A DNA stretch of 64,000 bases from contig OZ210885.1 of the NCBI GenBank assembly GCA_964658305.1, positions 19,158,001 to 19,222,000 of the forward strand. Direction: 5' to 3'. The notes under the pieces were generated by a model. It searched no databases. It had not been told where the DNA came from and saw nothing but the letters and a program-made list of their open reading frames with translations. Position numbers and translations under genes: made by a program. Positions 38,701 to 49,065 of the stretch are shown here, in pieces. Source of the DNA: Leptogorgia sarmentosa. Lineage: Eukaryota. Numbering within the stretch: position 1 is the first letter of the stretch; each line of letters opens with the position of its first letter.

Positions 38701-39470
38701 TGCGGGCAGCGCTTGAACTCGTTGTTAGGTTACATGATCTGTTTATAGTTCGCGTTCTCCGTTTGACCTTTCACTGGAATATGATACTTCATTTAAATAA
38801 AATTTAAATACGAAGTTTAAAAGATGGAAATCGTTCATTTTGTAATAAATATTTCGAAAATATTTGATTATATTTGGCGAATTAATCATTGAAAAATTAT
38901 TTAAGAAATTATTGCAATAAATCAATAATCCTCTGGATTTTTTTACTACGTCCTGCGACGTATAAGACGTAGTCTGGATCCGCCCCTGTTCATATGACCC
39001 AATAAATGATCAAGAAAAGGAAGAGTTGCAAAATGAAATGCAAGATGATACTTTTCCAAATGAAGTTTTTAATGAACAAGTGCCATCACATCTAGACCAA
39101 GTGCAAAATTCACATACTTCTCCTGGGGCAATTACTTCTTACAACCAACCAACAGAAATGTCTGATGATACATTACATAAAAATATTAGGTCATTAAACA
39201 CTGAACAACGTCATGCATATGTTATATTTCTCACTTGGTGTCGCAGTAAAATGAAAAGTTTAAATAGCTTAAAACCTGTTGAAGTAGACCCAATTTATCT
39301 ATTTATTACTGGAGGTGGTGGTGCTGGGAAAAGCCACTTGATTAAAACTATATATAACACAGCTATTAAAACATTTAGACATCCACCTAATAATGCAGAA
39401 TTACCAACAGTCCTTCTAATTGCACCAACAGGTGTAGCTGCAATAAATATTGATGGCACAACAGTACATT
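35793..39470 (+). pseudogene. Second Helitron (Helentron-like) RepHel, truncated at both ends
   Basis: CEELALPVLFPKG; GTPPYWQ; FMTLSCGDLRW; RIEFQMRGLPHLHALIW; QKHSHSKTC; LFITGGGGAGKS; APTGVAAINIDGTTVH, then breaks. Confidence 0.92.
38029..38988. mobile_element. MITE (960 bp), superfamily uncertain
   Basis: CAGGGGCGGATCCAG ... CTGGATCCGCCCCTG; no 8-bp TSD visible. Confidence 0.82.
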
Positions 39471-39552
39471 ACCGGGTCTGTTTGCAGAAATTTGGAAATT
39501 TCCGAAGTTGTTCCCATGGTTTCCGAAGATGATTTTTTTGATGTAAAAAGTG

Positions 39553-39636
39553 TCCTCTGAGGCGGGCTTGAACCGCCGACCCCGGGATTTCGATAAGTTC
39601 TACAGTCCCTTGCTCTACATTCTGAGCTATCAGAGG
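39553..39636 (-). tRNA. trnY: Divergent tRNA-Tyr(GTA) with an 11-nt intron (function uncertain)
   Basis: CCTCTGA/TCAGAGG acceptor stem, GCTC/GAGC D stem, CT-GTA-G then intron AACTTATCGAA at the canonical 37/38 site, GGCGG/CCGCC T stem, discriminator A, TTTTT 3 nt downstream. Defects: D loop lacks GG; A27-G43 mismatch. Confidence 0.75.
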
Positions 39637-40684
39637 TACTATGAGTTTAACGTGTGAGAATAAAGTGTTGTGCCCGGGGATTGAGTTTGGTCCGAAAATG
39701 TTTTGTGGTCGACCAATGGCGTCAGCGTTCGATCAATGGCGTCAGCAGCGGTCGACCAAGCGGTCGACAAATGAATAAGTTGTTGTCTCTTACAATGTCG
39801 GTGTGGCCTTTATTATCCTGTTGTTTTTTACTTTTGATAGATAGGTACATGTGGTTTTCATTTAGAGGAAAAAACTCAATTAGACTCTTTAGAATAATAT
39901 ATTTATCACTGTATTTTTACAGCTTGTGAATCTAAAACTCTTGTAAAACCTAAAATTATAAATAAAATTTATTGAACATCAGTTTTCACGGGGATTGAGT
40001 TTGGTCCGAAAAATTTTTTATAGGACAACTGAGCCTGAGCTTAGAAGAGGATATGTTTATGATGCACTGAAGCACTGCTTGCGTTAACACGGGCCTCGTA
40101 TGTATAACTTTTTTATAGGGAAAGATGGCAGTGGTAGATATCGTTGCCACGTTTGAAAAGCACGCCATGCTGGATTGAGATTCATCTCCACCGACATTTG
40201 CGTGTTGAGCGCCTTTTAGCACACAGACCTCAGATAGTACTGTACATGTACTGTATTTAAGTACATAATAGTAGTCACGAAGTAAAATTATGGGAGAGTT
40301 TGCAAGGTGGGAAAGGCAGGAGTTGGCAGCACGTTTCGGGTACACAGAGAAGAAGATTTACAATTGGTTTCATTCCCGTAGAAAGGGCTAAGTACTTGAA
40401 GCTAGAACAATGAAGCTGTTGTTATTCAAGAATAATATGGATACAATTTGTAACATTATAAGAATATATTTTTTAAAAATTGCATTTGAATTTGATATTT
40501 ACATAAATTTTGTATATACATAGATTTTTAAAAAATTATTAGTAAATTTATTATTAGTGTAAATCAGATGAATAAATAATGTTACCATAAATGGTTCAAA
40601 CGAATTGTTCTGAATAAATGTTACCAAAAATGGCTTAACTAAATGTTCTGAATAATAATTCAAATTAATGTTTTTTACATATTG

Positions 40685-41071
40685 TTAATTGATGTTTTCA
40701 AACGGTGCAAAATCAAACAACGTGAGATCAAACTCAGCCAAATGGACATTGTATGTTTCGTACATTTCATTGATTATGTCGTCGATTCCTGAGTTGTTTT
40801 CTATCGGCGTGTTGGTTACTTCAGAGATGTGGAGAGGTGTGTGTTCTATAGGTTTGTTGTACGTTACTATGGGGTTTTCTGGATGATTGGCGTACAGCAT
40901 TGGAGTATTGTCGAGGACGTAGAATTCGTCCAGTATGTCTGGCGAGGTGAGCTGTAGAAATGTTCTTAATAGTCGTAATTCTTCCAATTCCAGTTGGCGT
41001 CGTTTGCGTGAATTTCTAACGCGTGTTAATTCTTTGTCTGTGCAGTAGTTACGTTTCTTTTTCGGAGGCAT
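40685..41071 (-). CDS. Hypothetical small protein with NLS-like/basic N-terminus
   Basis: MPPKKKR..RVRNSRKRRQLELEELRLL, acidic C-terminus; intronless. The longer upstream extension in the ORF track is probably non-coding. Confidence 0.45.
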   Translation of the reverse strand: MPPKKKRNYCTDKELTRVRNSRKRRQLELEELRLLRTFLQLTSPDILDEFYVLDNTPMLYANHPENPIVTYNKPIEHTPLHISEVTNTPIENNSGIDDIINEMYETYNVHLAEFDLTLFDFAPFENIN

Positions 41072-41266
41072 TGATGAATAGCAATAAAAGTGTGTAAAGT
41101 TTTGTTTTAAAGTTGTGGTCGCCCACATTGTTGTCGTGATATTTGCTGATGAGGTTTTATAACGGAAAAATAATTTTAAAATTATGAATAGGTTTATAAC
41201 GGACAAACAATTGAAAGTGTTATAGTTGTTTGTGCAATTTGTAAAGTGTTTAGTTGTGCTTTGATA

Positions 41267-41821
41267 ATGGCCATGATTGGATCGAACAAAGTTCTCTGTC
41301 TTGTTGAAATTATATATGCAAAGGCTATTGATCGAATTGTTGAAAGAGATTTTAGTTTGTTTTGCTGTGGCTGTAAAGTGCAAGATCAGGATTGTTTAAT
41401 GGCTGACGAGTTTGAAAAATGGGAGATATACGGTCGTAATGCCATGGAGGAGCTTAGGAGAAATCACTTTGCGTGGAATGAGTTTAGTAAGGTCGCTAAA
41501 CTGTTGAACATTCCTGTTCAGTCATATGTAATTGAGCATATAACAAGTCTGGAGACTGATCCAGATCTTATGTTAATAGAATCGTTATTTCAAGAGTACT
41601 TGGATAATGAGGAGCTGATTAAGACGCTAAGGAAGGTGGAAAGTCCGAACCCTTATGAGATGATAAAGTCTGCTAAGGAATGCTATGTGGTATATAGCTT
41701 ACAGTTTAGATATTATGATAAAGAAACAGGAGAGGGATTTGTGTGTGCCAAAGAGAGTTTGTCAGAAGCATACTGGGAATATTTAAAAAGCGAACTACAA
41801 AGGCTGTACAATAAATTGTAA
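41267..41821 (+). CDS. Hypothetical protein with CxGC motif (virus/Polinton-like accessory ORF)
   Basis: Open intronless ORF (FCCGCKVQDQDCLM..WEIYG); AATAAA immediately after the stop. Confidence 0.5.
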   Translation: MAMIGSNKVLCLVEIIYAKAIDRIVERDFSLFCCGCKVQDQDCLMADEFEKWEIYGRNAMEELRRNHFAWNEFSKVAKLLNIPVQSYVIEHITSLETDPDLMLIESLFQEYLDNEELIKTLRKVESPNPYEMIKSAKECYVVYSLQFRYYDKETGEGFVCAKESLSEAYWEYLKSELQRLYNKL

Positions 41822-42329
41822 GAATAAAGAGAATTGTTAGATATATTGTGTGTGTTTACTTGTGCGTTATACTATGTGTATGCTGATATTATGGGATAGG
41901 ACATGCGTCAACGAGACACAAACAAAGGAATGAAAATTCCTTTATCTTGTAGCATTTCGAATTCAACTTACGAGAACATTGTGAACATTCTCAACCGAAA
42001 AGGGGACCCCGGTAAGCGAAGCGTTGCTTGAGTTAACACTGCCCCGAATGCTACTGTATTAGATTTGTATTTATGTACGTTATACTATGCATGTGCCGAT
42101 ATTACGGGATAGGGCATGCGCATAGGGCAAAAAGGTGTGAGGAGGACCGCAGAAGTCTGCGGAGGAGGAAGACACTATATTGTGCGCAATGGATAAGGCC
42201 CTGATAACCAAAGCACTGCTTGGATTATCACGGCCCCAAATAGTACTGTATCAGACTCTTATTTATATATGTTACTGTACAAATGAAGCAATATTACGGG
42301 AGGCATGATTTTAAACAAATGTAATTAAT

Positions 42330-42835
42330 GTTCCATGCTCCAGTATTTAAGATACCCCAAAACGGATTGATGTTCATGAGAGTCTGAATTAAATTGATGT
42401 AAAAACTCTGCGGTTGTTTCGGGATCTTCAGTCAGTTTTTTAAAGTGCTCAATAACTTCGCCGTAAGATTCTACTTTCATAACGCGTACGGCTTCGCTAA
42501 AGTGTTTCTGCTCTGTACAATATCCAGTTTTCGTCTTCGGACATTGTGATACACTTGTGTCTTCGTTGGCTGGGATGATTTACCTTGCAACCACGACATT
42601 TCTCTTTTCGAATTATTTGAAGCTGGGTATTTATTGCATCTTGAAAAATAGCGTTCATTAAATTGCACTGTGTTTTAATTTCCCACGGAACTACTTCGTC
42701 CACTACTAGATTCTGTGCCCAGAATACCTGCTCACACAAGTTCATATTGGGTGATTGTGTGCAAACGTCCTTATGATCACTGTCTGGTCCACCGCATACA
42801 TGCCATAAGGGCATATCCTGGTCAACCGCATACAC
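42330..42835 (-). pseudogene. Hypothetical protein with CxGCxxxHPSQxxHxC motif
   Basis: KCRGCKVNHPSQRRHKCITMSEDENWILY; disrupted near 42480-42500; 3' limit approximate. Confidence 0.45.
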
Positions 42836-42896
42836 ACTATAAGGGGGTTATAAAAGGAGTGGGTAGCGCTTTTCGTAGTTAAAGACTGTTAGAGAG

Positions 42897-43295
42897 ATGA
42901 AGTGCTTACACGGCCAACCGGCCAATCACACGGTAACACAAAAGGGATCGTTTGGGTTTTGCAAACAGATTCCTAGCTGTGATTTTATATGTAGTGAAGA
43001 TGAAGGGTTTTTATACGAAAAAGCAATCAAAGCGTGGCGTGCTTTGAAGAGTGCCCAGGACACCGGACATGGTGAACCAGCCAAAATGAGGGTCGTGAAA
43101 GATTTGATTAAATTAAGTTATGGAAGACCATTTTTTGTATGCTCCCGTAAATCGGAACCGTGTTCATTCTGGATGTGGGGCGATGTACACCCGTCAGCAT
43201 TCGAGGATTCCCCCAATTGCAATCATGGGATCTCGTCTGCGATTCGTAGAGTTACGAAGAAATCGTTGAATAAAGGGCGAAAGTTCAAAACATAA
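42897..43295 (+). CDS. Tandem GRF zinc-finger protein, truncated
   Basis: CLHG..C..C.F, GRPFFVC..CSFWMWGD, PNCNHG..VTKKSLNKGRKF; TATAAAA ~45 nt upstream. Confidence 0.7.
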   Translation: MKCLHGQPANHTVTQKGSFGFCKQIPSCDFICSEDEGFLYEKAIKAWRALKSAQDTGHGEPAKMRVVKDLIKLSYGRPFFVCSRKSEPCSFWMWGDVHPSAFEDSPNCNHGISSAIRRVTKKSLNKGRKFKT

Positions 43296-43427
43296 ATATA
43301 TCTTCTAGTTCTAAATTTCATAATAATTAATAAAACAATTCAAGTATGTCTGCAGAGGTCTTTGTCTTTAAAGTTTGAATGATGAAATATATTTATAACC
43401 ATGCATATATTTTTCACATATTCGTTG

Positions 43428-45818
43428 CTATATGAAGGTTCCAAACACCTTTCTGTGGATTTCAGACACTTGCACAAATGATTTCGCTAGCTCAACTACA
43501 TTGACACCGTCCAGATGTTCCTTGTGAACATGACAGAAGGAAATGTGGTTAAGCCTTTGCTGCGCCATGGTGGACCTAAGCGCTTTACGCTTTTTTGACG
43601 TTTTTAGACGTCTTAAAGCAGAAAAACTGCGCTCGCATTCGCATGAAGTGACAGGGCATACTAGTAGAAGCTTCAACAGTTCAAGCACTTGAGGAAATAA
43701 GCAGCGCACAGCAGGTTCCATGTGACGGTAGGCCAACTTTGCTTCATGTACAGAATTGATGTCTGCTTGAACATTTCTAACTGCACTGAGAGAGTATGAC
43801 TATCAAGTTCAGGATACTTCGCTGTCAACTCCTCGACCACTTTTCCAGAAGTGATCATTCTTTCCAATTTCATGTATTCTCCCAAACCAGATTTCTCAGG
43901 GTGGTATCTGTCGAACAGACCTGCAACTATGGTATCTAGGAATTCGAAGTAGGTCTTCCTATAGTACTCTTCCATGCTTTCAGCTTGATAAGCTGCTGCT
44001 TCACCAGTGTATCTTCTTGGTGGTCCTCTTTTGCGCGGGACTCCAATGTCTTCCAACTGGTACTCGTGGCATTTAGCTTCAGCCACCGAGAAAATTTCAT
44101 GGAATGCTTCTTCAGTTCTCAGTGAATTAATATATTTAGAGGACTTCGTTACAGCTTCTACCATTCCCGAAACATTTGCCGACTTTGCTTGAAGTGCTGC
44201 GTTTAGCTGCTCCAATACCGCAACTGGCTTAGTTGCCATCATCAGGCAAGTAATATCTTCCCTTTCTGAAATCGTTCCCACAAACCATTGGCTTTCGTTG
44301 CAGTGTCTGATGTTGCGTTGCTCATTTCATCCAAGCTTTGCAATACCACTGGATACTGGTCAATTAACGATTGGATGGATTGTAGTCAACATAACCATCT
44401 CTTAGCACAAAGTGGCTTCACTTCTCTCATCGGAGTAGGGTTGGGGTCATCCTCCTCATCAATCGAGTCGCAAATTGCTTTAAATATGGCTTTAAATTTG
44501 CCAGACCTTTTCATAAGCACTCCTAACTCATGTACCCACTGCATCGCATCATGGATGAGATGGCATGTTACAGCATTCTCCATCACAAGATTAGAAGCAT
44601 GAGATCCACAATGAAAATACAGAGCTAGCGATTGTTGTTCTTTCACAATGGCTTGGCACCCTGAGTAGCACCCACTCATGTTAGCAGCACCGTCATATGT
44701 TTGAGCCCGTAGGTTGCTTATACTCAGTTGAAACCGACTCAAAAACATCAAATATCATACGCGCCAGAATATCCTTGTGGTACCAGGGACTTCATACAAG
44801 CCAATAAAATCTTTGTGTATGTATAAGTCAGAGTCCACGTGCCGTATGCACATGGATTCTTGTTCAAAGCCATTTACATCTTGTGTTCCATCAGCAGTTA
44901 TGGCAAAGTATCCATTTGCTTGAACTTCATTAACAATTTCTCGTAAAATGCTGTGGCTAAACATCTCCATCATCTCATTTTGAGCGGCCGGTGAAGTGAA
45001 ATTAGTTACCCTTTTTAAATAACGTTCCAAATCACTGCAATCTTCCGTCCTTAGCTTGAGAAGCTGTAAATAACTTCCTTCTGCTTTATCATGGCCTTGA
45101 AAACCATGGCCTTGTCCGAGAAGATATCTTATGCTGGTAAACAATTTCATGAGGGCATTTTGTGCACGTTGTTGTTCTTCAGCTTGCTGGGTGACTAACT
45201 GCGCACATACGGTCGGTCGCTTGACAGATTAACACCTAGTATGTGTGTGTGTGACTTCTCATGCGATTTAAATTTTTCGATTGCCTTTTTCCAGTTATTG
45301 AAGCCTTGAGAAATAAATGCTGGTTCCTTACATCGTGCTAGATTTGTCAACCCCATTGCATTCGCTTTCGCACAGTAAAAGCACAGAACTTTCTTCAATT
45401 CTGAATCGTAGTGTAGCCACTTGAAGTTATCATACCACGACTTTTGGAGAGAAAGAGTTTTTGTTCCAACTCTATGGGTAGGAATAACGGATACAACCGG
45501 TTGATACGGTTTGTCCAAACGCGCAATAAGCGACTTTGAACAGGACAGGTCTGTAGACAGATTGCCTGTAGATGTACCCGTACACGGTGCTTGTGGTACA
45601 GAGGGAAATTCTTCCATCTCGTCAAGAGGACCGCGATTAACACAAACTGCATTACTTTCCTTGGTTATTCCAGCTAATGTTCAAGAGCAACTGTTGGCGG
45701 AATCATTGTCTGCCGAGTTCGTATTTGAAACTGCATTAGCCTCATTTTGCCCATCAGAGTTGTCGAAAAATCGTGCAATTCCAGATAGCTTTGCACGTTT
45801 TGATGTGTAACGGGACAT
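43428..45818 (-). pseudogene. hAT transposase (TTF zf, DUF4371, hATC), frameshifted
   Basis: WYDNFKWLHYD..LCFYC; TSPAAQNEM..ADGTQD; RAQTYDGAANMSG; HCGSHASNL; SCECERSFSALRRLKT. Confidence 0.92.
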
Positions 45819-46163
45819 ACCACATGAAGGAGTTAGTGCAAGTCACATGATGATTTATGTTCTTCAGCTCTTATAATTATATATACTGTACTGTATAATA
45901 ATATAATATTTAATGTCAGCTCATGTGACCGCTCAAGGTTTGATAAAGGCTTAACTCTAGAGTATGTATCTACCTGAATAAAAGAATGAGAGACAGTCAC
46001 ATGGATAAAAGTTGGGCGCTCAAGTGAGAGTCTAACGAAAAATAGCTATCATTATTTTACACTGCATGTCCTTTTCCTTTATGCCAGAATTTAGCGGCAG
46101 CATTGACAATTTCGTAACAGAATAACTGAAAACTATATAAGTTGGCAGAAAGTGAAACATCAG

Positions 46164-46404
46164 GGGCCGGTTGTATGAAAGTCAGATAATTTTTTCCACT
46201 GTGGATAGTGATTTTTTCAACTGTTGTAAAAATACAAAAAAACCTATAAACCTGGAGATTTGGGCCTGGCAATCAATAAAAAGAAAGTTCAACTTTAAAA
46301 TATAAAAGATTATTCTGGATTGAATAGATCAACGGGTTGTTTTAGGAAACTTGAAAAGTCGCTATCCGATGGATAGCGCTATTCACCTTTTGTACAACCG
46401 GCCC
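46164..46404. mobile_element. PIF/Harbinger-type MITE
   Basis: CAG|GGGCCGGTTGTA ... TACAACCGGCCC|CAG (3-bp TSD). Confidence 0.85.
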
Positions 46405-46649
46405 CAGGACGTTTGGTTAAATACAACACAAATGTAAAGACGTAACTACTTTACATAAATTACGTGTACATTGATTTAGTACTTCAGAATTGTAGTTCGG
46501 CAGTATTAATAGTTATGAAGCTTTGCTTGCTGAATGTGAAAGTACTTACGTAAGAAGGCGTAAAAAGTGTGGGGGACAATTGTATATGGTCCCCCCCAGC
46601 ACGAAATGTGGGGGGGTCCTGTACCCCCCAGGATTGACGCCATTGTGTA

Positions 46650-47300
46650 TGAGTGAAGCAGCCTGCGGCATCACAGTATCAATCGGAGAGTGTCAAAGTA
46701 ATAAAGGGGAATCGATCCATTCATGAGGTAATGTCTACAGACGGTGGTTGCAGCCTCTGTTCCAGACAGCTATCCTGCTACTGCGATGCGTGTTTAGATT
46801 GCCAATATGATTCATGTGAAAATTTTGAATATGTTGGCAAATGGGAGAATTGGAACGCTGAAGAAGGCCATCATCCGACGGTTGTAACCAGAAGTGACGT
46901 TTCCGCAACGTTTGAGGTAATTAAAGGCCAGGGGCCGGTTGTACGAAGCCCGTTTAACCTAAACGGTGGATAAGCTGAAAAATAAAAACAAGTCTATTAA
47001 TTCATTGAACAACAAAACTGAAAGTTTTCAACATGAACAGAACATCTATGACTGCCACTACCTATTTAGTGCATGAAATTTAAATTGATACGTTTACAAG
47101 AGTTGTGAGAGTGTTATTAAATTTTCGCTTATCCACCGTTTAGGCTAAACGGGCTTCGTGGACAAAAAAGCTGTTGTTTATGCAGCAACAGTAAAGTATA
47201 TTTGCCCAGAATTGGACGTATGTGATATCAAATCAAAATACCAAATACATACCAAATTCCCGACGAGTTGCACATTGATATCCTGGAGTCTTTACATGGA
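46650..47300 (+). pseudogene. C-terminal fragment of a further DNA transposase (possibly Sola2/EnSpm-like)
   Basis: IKGNRSIHEV..RQLSCYCDACLDCQYDSC Cys cluster; split by a MITE. Confidence 0.35.
46932..47159. mobile_element. PIF/Harbinger-type MITE, right TIR tip lost
   Basis: GGGCCGGTTGTACGAAGCCCGTTTAACCTAAACGGTGGATAAGC; inverted copy GCTTATCCACCGTTTAGGCTAAACGGGCTTCGT. Confidence 0.75.
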
Positions 47301-47629
47301 TTTTAAAGTTGACTTCAAAGTTTTTTAGTGTATAAATAGAAATATAGAAATTGACTAAGTATGAGCTGATCGCGAAAAAATCAAATTTACCACCTGATTG
47401 GCCGATTTATCGGTGGATACCGATATTTGTTGAAAAAAATTGATTCCCTCGAAACGGGAGGAAATGCTAACAAAACATGACAATGATAAGAAGAGTTAAC
47501 ACATCAGTAACAGAAATCGTATTACTATTTACTAACAATGGCCAACAATAGGCAAGGTAAATCCCAATTAAAACTATAAAGTATAAATAAATGTGACATT
47601 ACAGAAATAAGTGAATAATACTTAACACT

Positions 47630-48794
47630 TTAATATTGAAAGTTCAAACATGGTAAATTGTGGTGCAGAAGCAACAGGGATTCTGACTTATGAGGATTCA
47701 AACGATTATGTTTGGCCTCCGAAATATTTCCCGCTTCACTAAAAAGTTGTTCTGAATAAACCCTGCTACTAGGTGCACTCAGATATCGTTTAGCAATACA
47801 GAAAATATTGGGATATGAAGCTCTGTTAATAGTCCACTGATAAGGGCACTGCTTCACAGGCGTCAAAGGTAGTGCAAGGAATGAATGAACTTCTCTTTCT
47901 TGGTCGATTGCAGGTGTTAATCGTTCACTTGAACCTGTCGCAATTTCATCGAAGCACGCCCACAAATCATCATGATTATCTTTCCTTGCCTTTTTTTCTG
48001 GCGGTGACTGAACTTCAACATTGCTTTCTGTGGACAACCCAGGAAGCTCACTGATCTTTGCCATAAGTAATTCTTTCCCCTTCGGATCTGCAAATTTTGA
48101 CTTGAATTGTGGGTCGGTGACAGTAGCCATTACATAATTTTCATTATCGTTTATGGCATGGAAACGTGTTTCCAGAGCGCAGAATAATTCTTCACGCATT
48201 GTGCCAACACCCCTTGTTTTTTCATCGTTGTCCTTGCTAAGGTACCTGTTTAAAACTGCTACTGCTGGTAAAACCTCGGAAATACACGAATTGTTGGCGC
48301 TCATCACTTTTGTGTATTCTTCGAGGGGCTGGAGCAAGTGGGGGACTTTATCAACAAGCGTCCATTCATTGGCGCTCAGTGTGACGATGTCGCTCTCAGT
48401 TGAATACAACACTAAGACATGCTTCATTTCCAACAGACGTTCTAGCATATAATAGGTGGAATACCATCTAAAGTAAGAAATAAAAAAGTGCTTGCAAAAT
48501 TGAATAAACAAGGACACACACAATTGCTAAAATGTGAAACTTGTTTATCAAAAGGTTTGCCGAACACACTCAGCACTGGATATAGGATAAGCTGAAAGAC
48601 TAATCGAGACAATAATAGTACAGTACAGAAAGTGTTTGACACAATCATTTTAATGTACCTTGTAGCCACATCTTGAATCAACTTTTTTTGTGAAAGACTC
48701 AGTTCATTCTGGATCTCTTTCAGCCTGCTGCAAGCCAAAGGTGAGTGATTGAAATGACTGACAATCTGCTTGCTTCTCGCAATCATGTCATTCA
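47630..48794 (-). pseudogene. ZBED4-like hAT transposase 3' half
   Basis: HFNHS..LIQDVATR / intron 48468-48658 / WYSTYYMLERL..YLSAPSSRVYSEQLFSEAG; cut at the 5' side by the Copia LTR. Confidence 0.88.
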
Positions 48795-48991
48795 TGTTAA
48801 AACCATCTTATTTAATATGAAATATACGTACGATACAATACATGAAAATATGCTTCGACACATACGAACAAGAGAGATAGAACAACATGTTCGAAAGTCA
48901 TGTGATCACCGTCCAATCATATCTCTTAGAACGAATTCAACGAAATACTTAATCTATGCAATAATATAAATGATTATTACTAATTTCAACA
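48795..48991 (-). repeat. Copia 3' LTR (197 bp)
   Basis: Minus strand TGTTGAAA...TTTTAACA, preceded by the polypurine tract AAGTGGGA; hAT coding sequence resumes exactly after CA. Confidence 0.75.
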
Positions 48992-49065
48992 ATCCCACTT
49001 AATAATTATTTTGTCATTATGTCCTATTCAAAACATTTGATAATGTCAACTCATCTTTAACTTCT

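Larger units (their letters stand above)
43296..46645 (-). mobile_element. hAT (Tip100/ZMYM1-like) element, 3' terminus missing
   Basis: Candidate 5' terminus CAATGGCGTCAATCCTGGGGGG at 46645; encloses the transposase. Confidence 0.65.

Noticed and set aside
43428..48794. Host genes ZMYM1 and ZBED4
   Set aside because: Similarity reflects hAT transposase ancestry; copies are frameshifted or truncated, so no gene symbols were assigned.
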